DNA of 64,000 nucleotides from the human T2T-CHM13v2.0 reference genome, Homo sapiens, in NCBI RefSeq assembly GCF_009914755.1, contig NC_060932.1; one strand, 5' to 3'. Within the stretch, counting starts at the first letter, position 1. Each line of letters opens with the position of its first letter. The translations under genes were made by a program, and so were the position numbers. The notes under the pieces are model-generated. The model worked only from the letters and a program-made list of their open reading frames with translations. It was not told the DNA's origin and made no database searches. Below are positions 1 through 13,699 of this stretch, piece by piece.

Positions 1-340
1 TCCTTGCGGGGGAATAAAGGAGGCAGGACCGTGCAGAGGGAGAAGTTGACCTGCACGGTCAACTTTGTAGGTAGCCCCAGCAAAGGCCCCAGCCAATCTT
101 GGGGGCACCGGGGTGGCGCTGCAGAATTGTTCTGAATTGAGGCAAAGGTTTGGGCCCTTCCTACCCCTGGATGGTGCGGAAGGCCCCCTGCAGAAGGCTG
201 ATCCCTGGAGAGGCAGCTCTCTTTAGTCAAGGGCAGATCCAGAAGAGGCACCTGTCTGAGAGCTGTGGTCATGAATACTTCCAGCAGCTGGAGGAATGAA
301 GGTTTTGTGCTGAAAGGGTTGGAGGGCTCTGAGGGTGTGT
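1..340. mobile_element. MaLR LTR fragment (MLT1G/H-like)
   Basis: gcagagggagaagttga...aaaggccccagccaatc...tgaattgaggcaaag resembles the MLT1 consensus. Confidence 0.5.
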
Positions 341-784
341 GACAGCACCTAATTACACTGTTCATTTCCAGATTTCTACAATTTCTGCAGTAACATTTAT
401 TTTATAATAAAAAAAGAAACATATTTAAAAATGTTATTTGCCTTAAAAGAAGATAGGAAGCTGTTGTTGCTACAGTAGGGTTGACCAAAAAGAATAAATC
501 TGGAAATTAGGAAGGTACCGTGCATTGCATTTGAAGCTGGTCAGGAAGGCGTCATGTCACAAGGCCTGGAGCCAGCGCTGTTTGCTGCCCCCGCTGCAAT
601 CACAGTGGCTGCTGGACTGTGACTTGTCCCTGGGAGTCTCTGTTCCCTGCTGAGTGTCCACACTGCACACTTTCTTAGCCGGAAGCATTCTGCCTGTTAT
701 CCCTATAAGTTGGCAATGAATTTCTGCAGCAAAAACAGAAAACCATGACATACTGGAGTGTATTCAGGTTTGTATTTGGTCTAG

Positions 785-1015
<231 letters not shown>

Positions 1016-1170
1016 TAATTGGAAGCATATTCTCTCTTGTGCTATGGGCCTAATATATTCTGTTATCTTTGACAGATTGTGCAGAACCAAAAGTTACTGA
1101 AATTCAGCACATTCAAGTAATTAGATATAATTCTTATATTCTCAAAAAAAATTCTTACTTATATGGCTTA

Positions 1171-1503
<333 letters not shown>

Positions 1504-1593
1504 GGTTTTCCTGATGGAGTGTGCAGAGTGTGTGGGTATTGGTAACATTGGGAAGTCACTGTGTCATTTGTCACACTTCTTTCATGTACACTC

Positions 1594-2056
1594 ATATTAG
1601 TCTGTGTGTCCTGACCTAACAAAATACCCGAGACTGGGTAATTCATAAAGAACAGTAACACTGCAGGTTCATTTGTCTGGTGAGGGTCTGGTCTCTCCTC
1701 CCAAGGTGGCAACTTGATTGGGGCATGTCCTTCAGGGGGGACAAATGCTGTGTCCTCACACGGTGTCCCCACCAGCTGGTGAAAGGGCAGAGACAGGACT
1801 TACTGCCTCAAGCCCTTTTCTAAGGCCATTCATGAGGGTGGAGCCCTCACGCTGCATCCCGTGAATGGGATTGTTGCCCTTATGAAAGAGAAGCCCCAGA
1901 GACCTGCCTTGCCTCTTCTACCATGTGAGGACAGAACAAGAAGTCGCCATCTATCTGAAAACAGGCCTTCACCAGATACCGAATCTACTGGTGCCTTGAT
2001 CTTGGACTTCCCAACCTTCAGAACTGTGAGAAATAAAATTCTGTTTTTCAGAAGCC
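1594..2056. mobile_element. MaLR LTR (MLT1A/MST-like) pieces in opposite orientations
   Basis: tattagtc...aacaaaatacc..agactgggtaatt (-), then gccttgatcttggacttccca..cttcagaactgtgagaaataaa (+). Confidence 0.7.
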
Positions 2057-2104
2057 AACAAAAAATTTTTTTTCTCCTCTGTGCTATCTAGTGGGACAGT
2101 CCCT

Positions 2105-2230
2105 AGCCAGGGTCGCTGTTGAGCATTTGAGATGTGGGGAGTGTGACTGAGGAACTGAATTTTAAATTTTACTTAATATGATTTTAAATTTAGATGGTCA
2201 CTTGTGGCTAGTGGTTCGGCTGTTGGGTAG
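2105..2230. mobile_element. MER3-like hAT MITE fragment
   Basis: tgactgaggaactgaattttaaattt...tgtggctagtgg. Confidence 0.6.
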
Positions 2231-2249
2231 TGCAGATCTGAAGCATACA

Positions 2250-3007
2250 CAGGTGACCCTGGAACACCTCGGGGCATGGGGACACTGTCCCCCCATGCAG
2301 TGGAAAATCTACAGAGGACTTTTGACTCCCCCAAAACTTAAACACTAATAGCCTGCTGTGGACCCAAAGCCTTACCAATAACATCAACAGTTGATTCACA
2401 CATATTTTATATAAATATTATATACTGTGTTTTTACAATAAAGTAAGCTCAAGAAAAGAAAATGTTATTAAGAAAGCCATAAGGAAGAGAAAATCTAGTC
2501 CTATTCATTAAGTGGGAGTGGATCATCATGAAGATCTGCATCTTCATCATCTTCATGTTGAGTATGAGTAGTAGGAGGAGGAGGAGGAAGAGGAGGAGGA
2601 GGAGGAAGAAGAGGAGGAAGAGGAGGAGGGAGTAGAGGAGGAGGAGGATGAGGAGGAAGAGGGGGTGGAGGAAGAGGAGGAGGAGGAAGAAGAGAAGGAG
2701 GGTGTGGAGGAGGATGGGGTGGAGGAAGAGGAGGAGGAGGGGCTGGAGGAGGAGGAGGGAGTAGAGGAGGAGGAGGAGGGTGAGGGTGTGGATGAGGAGG
2801 AGGAGGGTGTGGAGGAGGAGGAGGAAGAGGAGGAGGGGGTAGAGGAAGAGGAGGAAGAGGAGGAGGGGTAGAGGAAGAAGAGGAGGAGGAGGGTGTGGAA
2901 GAGGAGTAGGGGTCGGTCTTGCTGTCTCAGGGGTAACAGAGGCAGAAGAGAATCCGCATATAAGTGGACCTGCGCAGTTCAAACCTGTGTTGTTCAAGGA
3001 TCAGCTG
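2250..3007. mobile_element. Tigger2-family (MER28/Tigger2a-like) DNA transposon with an internal expanded GAG tract
   Basis: TIRs caggtgaccctggaaca / tgttcaaggatcagctg+TA; internal aataaagtaagct..agaaaagaaaatgttattaag. Confidence 0.8.
2569..2910 (+). repeat. Imperfect (GAG)n purine-rich microsatellite
   Basis: ~340 bp of GAG/GAA/GTG triplets. Confidence 0.95.
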
Positions 3008-3159
3008 TACATTTTGGTGATGAAATAATTTTGTATTTAGAAATACGGCCTTTATCTCTGTAGCACTTTCTAGTTGATATTGTGCTTTTCCATATATTCC
3101 GTATATTCATGTAATCCCTACATACACTTTCTAGGTAGATCACTGGAGCGGTCAGTCCA

Positions 3160-3375
3160 GTGGGGAGGCTAGGAGTGCAGACCTGGAGCCACGCTCCCTG
3201 GGTTTGTGTCCAGCTCTGCCACTTCCCAGCTGGGTGACCTCGGGCGTGTGGCTGACTCCCTCTTGTGCTTCAACAGCACCTACTTCAGAAGGGTGTTGCA
3301 AGGATTGAATAAGTTAATTCATGTAAAGTTCTAAGAACTGGCACATAAAAAATGTTGATTAATATTAGCTATTAC
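3160..3375 (+). mobile_element. MIR
   Basis: cctgggttt..cagctctgccactt.ccagctgggtgacctcgggc core. Confidence 0.8.
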
Positions 3376-3536
3376 TATAAATTATTTTTAAAGCTTCTCA
3401 TCCTTTGATGTTTTCAAAAATGAATACCTAATTTCAGAGGGATTGTATGTGAAGTCCATATTTCACTGTTTTTAAATGTTTCCCTGCCTCCCCCACCCTG
3501 CCTCTGGTTCCACCCTGTCCCGGTCCCTCTTCCTAG

Positions 3537-3623
3537 TGCTGCCCAGACTGGGTCACCAAACAGGCCTGTCTGACGGAACCCTTGTCACCTTTGTGGAGAA
3601 TTCTCTTTGGGCCCTGCCTGGAA
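3537..3623 (+). CDS. HGSNAT: Candidate alternative (cassette) HGSNAT exon, 87 bp, CCPDWVTKQACLTEPLSPLWRILFGPCLE
   Basis: Long pyrimidine tract, ttcctag|TGC...GAA|gtaaga; 29 codons, stop-free in phase 0, matching the flanking exons. Confidence 0.7.
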
Positions 3624-4000
3624 GTAAGAGCCACGGAGCCTGCCCAGGTGCCCCTTCTCCTCCTTTCCCCATGACCTGGGCTTCTGCATTCCCTGCAGCA
3701 GTGGAGATGTGGTGTGGCTACCATGCTTCCCCCGAGCTCTGTGCCTGCTGCCCCATTCTGCTCAGGAGCCTCTTCCTGCGGGGACCCTCTGGTGCTCTGG
3801 CCTCACCTCTGTGGCTCGTCCTCTCTGATGCCTCCTCCTCCCCAGAGAGGGCGTTCATCTCTGGTCCCATGCTCCTCTGTTAGTCTCCACTAGTCAAAGG
3901 CAGAGGTGATGTTTCCCGCCTCCCTGTAATCCCAGCACCTAGTAGCGTGCCCAGCAAGTGAATCTCTTTGTCAGGTAGTTAAGACAGTGGATTAATATGA

Positions 4001-4186
<186 letters not shown>

Positions 4187-4742
4187 TAAAAGGAATAAAA
4201 TGTTTAGCAACACTGAGCTAGCCATTGTCACCACATGGCAGCAGGTACCATTTTCTTCACTTGAATAACAGAGAGGAACAAATCTTTCCACCTAAATGCA
4301 CAGATTTATTTTCTTAGGAAAATGTCTTTATCAATAAGGCAGTGTTTGCCATCAGATAGCCAGGAATGCCTGAAGAAATGTGAGGTATGGGCTCTGTGTG
4401 GAGAGGCGTATCAGAGAGACTGGGCAAATCAGACCAGGTTGCAGACATCAACTTCCAGATTATATGGGAAAGAGAGTTGCAAGGTTGACTGTTTGTTCAT
4501 TTCATCCTGACCGCAGCCATGCCTCCTCTTCAGAGTCACTGTCATTTAATCAGTAAGCTTACCCTCTTCAACTCAGTAGAATGGTGAAGAGATTTTGGGA
4601 GAGTATTTTTCAGTTCATACATTTAAAAAAATATGTTTCCATTTAAAAGAGAAAAATATAAGGCACAAGTTTCAGCCCTCTCTACGTGATTAAATAACTA
4701 ATATATATTGGTGTTGAAACCAAGTGTTTTCTGAGATAATAA

Positions 4743-4892
<150 letters not shown>

Positions 4893-4923
4893 TGAAATTG
4901 GATTTGTTCCGTACGAGCACTGA

Positions 4924-5160
<237 letters not shown>

Positions 5161-5387
5161 TAGCGGCAGGTGTCCAAAAGCCAGGCTGAGGGAGGAAGCA
5201 GCAGGGCCCACATTGTCCCAGCCCACACCAGATGTCACTGGCCTGCTCCAGAGCAGTCCACCCCATTTTCACCGTGTAGGTTGTGGAGTCGTTGTATGAC
5301 AGTTTGTGACTCCACCTGTTTCTTCAGGCTATACCAAATTGTGGAGGAGCGGAAATGATTCAGGGCACATTATCCAGTTTCTGGTTC

Positions 5388-5693
5388 TTTTTTTTTTTTT
5401 TTTTTTTTTTTTGAGACAGAGTCTTGCTCTGTTGCCCAGGCTGGAGTGCAGTGGTGTGATCTCGGCTCACTGCAAGCTCCGCTTCCCAGGTTCACGCCAT
5501 TCTCCTGCCTCAGCCTCCTGAGTAGCTGGGACTACAGGCGCCCGCCACCACGCCCAGCTAATTTTTTGTATTTTTAGTTGAGATGGGATTTCACAGTGTT
5601 AGCTAGGATGGTCTTGATCTCCCGACCTCGTGATCCGCCCGCCTCGGCCTCCCAAAGTGCTGGGATTACAGGCGTGAGCCACCGTGCCCAGCC
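5388..5693 (-). mobile_element. AluY-like
   Basis: Poly-T, then cactgcaagctccgc..ggttcacgccattc; TSD tctggttctt. Confidence 0.92.
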
Positions 5694-5997
5694 TCTGGTT
5701 CTTAATAATGGTGCTATGCTTGCTTTCTTAATATAAATCCACTACTATAGAGATTGTGCATTAGAAGAAATAGCAAGAGGTGATATCAAGGGATAAATGG
5801 AATGATTTAGATGCAGTTCCAACCGAGGACTTAGAAACACATCAGATCATTTCAATGCCTCATTTCAGCCCTTTGATTCGAGGAATAGTTACATTCTTTG
5901 GACCTCAGATTTTCTGCCTAGAAAATATAAGTTATTAATAATAATTTTAGCTTTCCTTTCAGATTTAGTTTTCAAGAATTGTACTGTTATAAAATGA

Positions 5998-6320
<323 letters not shown>

Positions 6321-6493
6321 TGATATGGTTTATATTTAAATACCTAAGATATGCATTACTTATTTTTGGCAGTAGCCAACAATGGAAGTGCACACTTTCT
6401 GTTTTTTCATTGAACTGGTTTCAAGAATTAAATAGATGGTTAGATGTGACTCATCTGTGAGAAACATGATCTTCTGTATGTCTCTCTCCTTAA

Positions 6494-6676
<183 letters not shown>

Positions 6677-8119
6677 TGGCTCCCACTGAGATGTGCTGCT
6701 GGAAGACTCTAGTAGGCCTGCAGGGAGGACTGAAGCAGCCTTTGTTAAAGGGAAGCATTCATTAGGAAATTGACTGGCTGCGTGTTTACAGACTCTGGGG
6801 GAAGACACTGATGTCCTCAAACTGGTTAACTGTGACACGGCTCGCCAGAACTCTGCCTGTCTATTTGTGACTTACAGATTTGAAATGTAATTGTCTTTTT
6901 TCCTCCATCTTCTGTGGAAATGGATGTCTTTGGAACTTCATTCCGAGGAGATAAGCTTTAACTTTCCAAAAGGGAATTGCCATGGGTGTTTTTCTTCTGT
7001 GGTGAGTGAAACAATCTGAGGTCTGGTTCTTGCTGACCTTGTTGCCCTGCAAACTTCCTTTCCACGTGTACGCGCACACCAACACGAAATGCCATCACTC
7101 CTACTGCGGCTGCTATGAAGCTTACTGGTTGTGATGTGTTATAATTTAGTCTGTTTTTTTGATTGAATGCAGTTTAATGTTTCCAGAAAGCCAAAGTAAT
7201 TTTCTTTTCAGATATGCAAGGCTTTGGTGGGTCCAAAAAATGTCTATCACAAGCCATTTTTTCCTTTTCCTCTCTCGAAAAGTTAAAATATCTATGTGTT
7301 ATTCCCAAACCCTCTTACCTATGTATCTGCCTGTCTGTCCATCATCTTCCTTCCTCCCTATCTCTGTGTATCTGGATGGCAGCCGCTGCCCAGGGGAGTG
7401 GCTGTGGGGAGGGCAGGTACTGTCTTTGCCTGTGGGTCCAGCTGAGCCATCCCTGCTGGGTGATGCTGGGCAAGACCCTTGGCCCGTCTGGGCCTTGGCT
7501 TCCTCACTTGTGAAATGAGCGGGAAGATGACTCTCAGTTCCTTCCACCTCTTAGACATGGTGAGGTAACAGACATCAAAAGCTTTTCTGAAATCTTCAGA
7601 AGAAATAGTTCCATTACAGAAAACTCTTCAAAATAAATAGTAGTGAAAACTTTTAAAAACTCTCATTGGAGTAAGTCTTTTCAAGATGATCCTCCACAAT
7701 GGAGGCAGCGTTCCTACTTGTCATCACACAGCTGAAGACATTGTTTCTTAGGTGTGAAATCGGGGACAAAGGACAAACAGAGACACACGGCATTGTTCAT
7801 GGGAGGCATCGTCACCCTCCTGGGTGTTCTGTGGGAATTTCCTGTGTGAGGAAAACGTGGCCACAGGGTTGTGCTGTACCCACCCTTCCCCGGCGAGATG
7901 GCCCTCGGCCTGTGCCGCTGCTTCCACCCTCGCCACTCCATGGCAGCTTTTGGTCTGTTTCCGGCTCTGCCCTCTGCCCTGAACTCTCATCCGGCTTGTA
8001 CCTGCCTGCTGGACCCCTCCACCTGGAGGCCAGCCCATGTCTCAGGCCCAGCCCTAGCCTCTTCTCCTCAAATTCTAAGTGTTTTCTCTTTAGGTTTCCC
8101 TGGCTTTGTGAATGGATCA

Positions 8120-8925
8120 TGTGTCTCTAGGTATAAACCTGACATCATCTTTCCACCCGGCTTACCTCCACCAGATCTCCCCAGTTCTGTCTCCATCTTC
8201 TACCTGCAGCTGCTCTGTTCTCATGGTCACTGCTGCATCACTGAGTCTGGACCCTTGTTATCATTTTCAAACTGGCCTCCTTCCCTCGTTCCCCACTTCT
8301 TAAAGTCACCTGTCCATTGCCACCAGATTAAGCTTTCTCCAGCCAGATCACCTCTCTCTGAGAAACCTCCATTGACATGGAAACACCATTGTCTGGCACA
8401 CATACTCACATACTCACCTTCCCGTCTTGATCCCCACACATCTTTCCAGCCTCCCCTCCCACTCCACTCCCTGCTCCCTCCTCCACCTCCCCATCCTCTT
8501 GTCTCCCCTCCCCTCTGAATCCAGCCCAGCGGGGCTTCTCCTGCCTCCATCACATCACAGAAGTACCTCCTGCTTCTGGTTTTAATTAGAGCCTTCCCCG
8601 ATTACATTTTCCTCTGAATTTTTTCCTATCTACATTTGATCTGTCATGTTTAAACCCCCTACTTCTAAGGGAACTTCTCTAATCTCTTATCCTCATCCCC
8701 AAATAGTGTTTTCTTCCTCTGGGTTCTTATAATGTTGGTATCAATCTCACAGCATTTAGTGCTTCCTGCCTGGTGTGACAGTTACCTGTGTGCATGTGCA
8801 ATTTCTAATTTCCCACGCTAGACTGTGAGCTTCCTAAGGCAAGAATCATGCCTTGTTGGTTTCTGTATTCCTCATGGTGCCAAACACAGTGCCTTCTACA
8901 TTGCAGGCGCTGAATAAACATTTTT
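8120..8925. mobile_element. L2 fragments in the HGSNAT 3' UTR
   Basis: ctagactgtgagcttcct..ggcaag...cacagtgcct..acat.gcaggcgctgaataaa, typical L2 3' end. Confidence 0.65.
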
Positions 8926-9911
8926 AAAGCAAAATGATGTGGATTTTTAAAATAAATATTTAAGTGCTGGTAAGATGAGCATGTATCCGGGGTGCCCATG
9001 AAATGTTCTTGGGGCCGTGTGGGGACAGTCGTCATTCCTCCTCCTGCCACCCTTTTCTTTCAGTGAGTCACTGTGGATGGTCCCAGCTGTGTCATCCCAA
9101 AGTTCAGCAGGGAAAGCTGAGCTGGGCCTCTCCAGGTGAGTTTTCTAGAAGCATTTCTCAAACTGTGGGTTACATCAACTTGGGTGTCTTGAGCTGTAAG
9201 GAAGGAACTCCGGAGTCAGCTGGGCTACAGGGGAGCTTCTCTAAGTCCTGCGGGAGGCCAGACCCAGCCTGAGCTTGCTGTTAGCTAGCGGAGGCAGCTG
9301 CTGGTGGCCCAGGTGCTCGACACCAGGCATCCCCTCTCCTCCCACGAAGGGTGTGCCATAATCCCCTTCAACAGGAAATGCTTCCCAGAAGCCTCTCAGC
9401 AGCCTCCCCTCCTGTCCTATCAGCTAGAAGCGCCTCGCTTGTCCCAAGACCAGCAGGGACAGGGAACTGTCCGAGCCCGTGGCTGTGTGGAGGAAGGCGA
9501 CCCCCAGCACAAGATTGGTTTCCTTTGGGAAGGGAAGAGGGAGTGTGTTGGGGTAAGGGGTAGAGCAGAGGAATGGTCAGGGGGCAACAACCGCTGACAG
9601 CTGCAACAGGTGCATGGCATCTCACAGGGAGGCAGGGAGGTGCGAGCTCCTAAGTAATGGAGCAAAAAAATTCTATTCTGTAGAATGGGGAGAGAAAATG
9701 TGACATTTTAATTTTTTTTTGCATTTATATTCCTAATTCCTACTTAAAGTGAATATACTGCCGCTGTAGATCATAAAATGTATCTTTTCCATGGCCAACA
9801 AGGGGCATCTTTTATAAATGCATAATAACCCAGTTTGTATCAAAGGGTATCGACTTAAGTGAAATTTCAACATGCTGTTACTTTTTCCTTTTAATGTAAT
9901 TCTGTTTTCCA

Positions 9912-9917
9912 AATAAA
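9912..9917 (+). terminator. Likely distal polyadenylation signal of HGSNAT
   Basis: AATAAA preceded by U-rich and UGUA elements. Confidence 0.6.
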
Positions 9918-10011
9918 TGGGGGAGACAAATGGACTTTGAGTAAATTTCTTAGCATATCAAACTGCCTTTCACAAACAGATCTTTGTATGGATTCTAAGA
10001 AGACTAGGAGT

Positions 10012-10178
10012 AACTGGGTGCAGTGGCGTGTGCCTATAGGCCCAGGCACTCGAGAGGCTAAGGTGGGAGGATCCCATGAGCTTAGGAGTTCGAGGCTGCA
10101 GTGAGCTATGATTGCACAACTGCATTCCAGCCTGGGTGACAGAGCAAGACTCTGTCTCTAAAGAAAGAAAGCAAAACA
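10012..10178 (+). mobile_element. Alu monomer/partial (FRAM/AluJ-like)
   Basis: Single Alu arm plus A-rich tail. Confidence 0.8.
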
Positions 10179-10473
10179 AAATTAGGGATAGAGTTTTAAA
10201 AGTGCTAAGCAATACACCATATAATCCATGACCCTATTAATAATGAAGCTTCTGGCATAATTCCAGCTTTTAAAGTCTTTATCACACCTCTTGGTAAGCT
10301 TTGAAATTAAGTGGGGAAACTTACCAGTTACATATTTGTGTAATCTATCAGTTTTCACTAGAATGTAGTAAGCCAGCATTTTTCTTTTAGTAATAGGTTT
10401 CTGTTGAGCATTCATTTTAAAATTGTTCTTCAAGCTACATGCATTTCCAAATTCAAAGTGGATGGAAATGCTT

Positions 10474-10795
10474 GGCCAGGCGTGGTGGCTTACGCCTGTA
10501 ATTCCTGCACTTTGGCCAAGGTGGGTGGATCACTTGAGGTCAGAAGTTCGAGACCAGCCTGGCCAACATGGTGAAACTGCTTCTTTACCAAAAAATACAA
10601 AAAGTCAGGCATGGTGGCAGGCACCTGTAATCCCAGCTACTCTGGAGGCTAAGGCAGAGAATTGCTTGAACCTGGGAGGTGGAGGTTGCAGTGAGCTGAG
10701 ATCACGGCGCTGCACTCCAGCCTGGGTGACAGAGCAAGACTCTGTCTCAAAAACAAAAAAAAAACAAAAACAAAAACAAACTAACAAAAAACAAA
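10474..10795 (+). mobile_element. AluS
   Basis: Dimeric Alu; TSD-like tggaaatgct on both sides. Confidence 0.9.
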
Positions 10796-11399
10796 GTTAA
10801 TGGAAATGCTAGATGTTTGCATTATGCCATAAAATGCCTCGGACTTCATAAATGCCTTATCTAATTGTGTTTGTCAAAAGACTGTAATAGGCAAAATACG
10901 CCATCACCTGCTGGCTGTTCTTTCCAGAATTCCATCCAAAGTGCTAGATGTGAGGACAGCTGTCTTGCCCACTGTCAGGAGGAGCTTGTGGCTTCCCACA
11001 GTGTCCATTACCATTTGCGGTTCGGTGGAATCCTACTCTGACTACTGGAAATTTTTCTGTAGAAATCAGTTCTTTTTCTGATTTTCCACCTTTCATGGTC
11101 AGCTGTTCTTGTATTTTATCGTATATGTAGTCACACCTATACTTCCATAAACGAGAGTTTCTATTCTGATATTTGGTCACAGTCTGAGTGTCATTTGGCT
11201 ACAAACTGGTGCCTCCCTCTCCCTACATCCTATGCGGCTCTGTCCAGGTCACAGCTGGTTGAGCAGAGGTACAGCCCGGCAGTGTGACAACCCCAGGTGA
11301 TGCTTTCCTGTCAAAGGACACTAAGAGGACACTGGCCACTAACACTGTCACAGCAGGGAGGTGCAGCGTGAATGGAGAGCAAAGACTGGAGACGTCTTA

Positions 11400-11940
11400 A
11401 AGGGCGGGGTGCGTCACCGAGGAGGCACTGAGCGGGATGGCTGTCCTTGTGACCACGCCACCTGGATTCTGTTCATTGGCGTTGTCCGGGGGAGAAACAA
11501 ACCGTCTGTCTTTGTAATAGGAGGCAGCGATGCAAGTTGTAGGAAGACGCCCACTGAATTGTGGCTTGCACAGGCAGGAGGGCCCTGGCGTGAGGGGTGG
11601 CCAGGGAGAGCCCAGTGAGGGACGCAGCTCTGGGGCCCCGCGCCCCTGGAGGTTGCCCCGGAGGCAGGGCCTCGACCTTGACCCACAGGGCTGGGTGGGG
11701 CTGAAAATGGGCTCCCAGACCAGCGCGAGGAGCTGCGCCCAGGCCTAGCAGGCGGTTTGGCCGCGGCTGCAGCTTAGCGTCTAGGCCACGCCAGGCAGGC
11801 TCCCGGAGCCGTCCACTGCCCCACCAGGAACGTTCCGGGCTCTTCTGCTGCGCGCGGAAGCAAGTGAAATCCAGCCTCAAAGACTCTGATGGAAGAACAC
11901 CTGTGAATACCGCGCCCTCTAGGCGTCCGCCACACCCCAC
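11400..11940. promoter_or_regulatory. CpG-enriched GC-rich segment, possible regulatory element
   Basis: Many CpGs; GGGCGGGG at ~11402; ttccgg and cggaag ETS-like motifs at ~11833-11860. Confidence 0.35.
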
Positions 11941-12785
11941 GGCCCCCCAGACAGGGTCTTCTTTTGTTGCCCAGGCTGGAGTGCAATGGCGCAGTTATGG
12001 CTCAATGCAGCCTCGACCTCCCTGGCTCAAGCCATTCTCTCGCCTTAGCCTCCCAGGCTACAGGCGCGCCAACACGCCTAATTTTTTTAAACTTTTTTTT
12101 TTTTTTTTGGTCTAGCGACGGGGCTCACTCTATTGCCTAGGGTGGTCTCAAACTCCTGGACTCAAGCGATCCTCTGGCCTCGGCCTCTCAAAGTTCTGGG
12201 ATTTCAGGCATGAGCCACCGCACCGGTCCTTGAGACTTTTGACCTCCGTGCCCGCCCCTCCGGAATGCCCACCCCAGCCAAACTCCTCTCTCTCCTCCAG
12301 CTGGTGGCTGGGGCACGGCCCTCTCCAACACCTCTGCCCCTCCGCTATTGAACTTCACATCCAAGTTTATGTCACTTCTCTGTGCCCAGGCCATCGGATG
12401 GCCCCAGCTGACAGTGGCATCCCGTCCCTACAGTTTGGGGCTTCACCCATATTCACAAAGGACCAGGGGGGTAAGGACCCCCAACCAGGCACCCACGTTG
12501 GTGAAGGCTCCCCACTTCCTCCATCAGAATCCACCGCTGGGGAACCCTGGCCATTCGCGGGAGCTCCCAATATTCCCCAGTAGGCGCCCCGCCCAAACTA
12601 CATCCCTTCTCTCCACTAGACCTGGGCTACTCTCTGGGAGAATGAAATGGCCTCTGCCAGACAGGGACTCACCCAGGACACAACCCCTCATCCCGTTGAA
12701 CAGACTGCGTATGTCCTCTAGGCTCAAGGAAACCTGACTTGCTGGGCCTGGGGCCCTTAGGCCTGCTCTTATTCAGTATTCATAA
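11870..12785 (+). repeat. Arm 1 of an old inverted duplication (interrupted by Alu)
   Basis: Colinear matches to the reverse complement of 13700-14325. Confidence 0.8.
11948..12228 (-). mobile_element. AluJ-like
   Basis: Antisense Alu inserted into arm 1 of the inverted duplication. Confidence 0.85.
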
Positions 12786-12840
12786 GAATCAGCAAAGCGT
12801 TTCATAGAGTCCACAGATTCATGCAAAAAGAGGAGAAAAG

Positions 12841-13385
12841 CACAAACACAGCAGCACACATGCACAAGCACACACACACATGCACACACACATGCACACA
12901 CATACATGAATACACACAAGCACAATGCACAAACATACACGTGCAAACACAGACAAGCACACACACCACACACACAAGCATACACATATGCATACATGCA
13001 CAAGCACACACATACATACGCACCCAAGCACACATGCAAACATGCACACATGCAAATACAAGCAAACATGCACAAGCATACAGATATAAGCACACACAAG
13101 CACACACACACAAGCACATATACACCCAAGCACACATACACCAAGCACACACACAAACACACGCACAAGCACACATGCACAAGTGTGTAGAAACACACAC
13201 AAGGACATACGCACAAGCATGCACATGCATAAGCACACACAAGCACACATGCACAAGTGCACACGCACAAGTGCACACAAGCACACACATAAACATGCAC
13301 GAGTACATACGCACAAATGCACACGTGCAAGGACACAGACACGAGCATACACATACGCACACACACACACAAGCCCGCATGCACA
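12841..13385 (+). repeat. Compound CA-rich microsatellite (CA, CACATG, CACAAG)
   Basis: ~545 bp of mostly alternating purine-pyrimidine sequence. Confidence 0.95.
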
Positions 13386-13699
13386 GAGACCTTCAAGGGG
13401 CTCCCCCCCGGCCCAAGAGGAAGTCATTCCGACTTCCTGCCTAGGTCCTGCAGCCAGAGCAGCAGCAAATGCCCCAGGAGACGGTCCTTTCAACTTCCTG
13501 CGCCCCTCGGCTCTCTGACAGGCCCAGGCCAGGCCTTATTATCCCTCAGTGTGGAGCCCAGTGCAAGCGCCATCACCTGCTGGAGGGAGCCGGGACTCCG
13601 CACCCGGGCCTGCCCGTAGAAGCCTCGTGCGCTCGTGGCTTTAGTGTGCCCTTTTCCTCCATGCCTGCAGTAAGAGCTGAGGCTTGACCAAACATTCCG

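Larger units (their letters stand above)
6677..9935 (+). other. HGSNAT: HGSNAT 3' UTR (~3.2 kb; end approximate)
   Basis: Follows the TGA; AATAAA at 7632, 8913, 8951 and 9912. Confidence 0.75.

Noticed and set aside
2449-2997. Poly-Leu (-) and poly-Glu (+) ORFs
   Set aside because: Translations of the GAG microsatellite inside a Tigger2 element.
7871-8518. 215-aa Pro-rich ORF
   Set aside because: Lies in the HGSNAT 3' UTR, starts at a non-ATG codon, overlaps pyrimidine-rich L2 remnants and has no recognisable domain.
12773-13493. Cys/Val-rich and His/Thr-rich ORFs of ~200 aa
   Set aside because: Translations of the CA-rich simple repeat.
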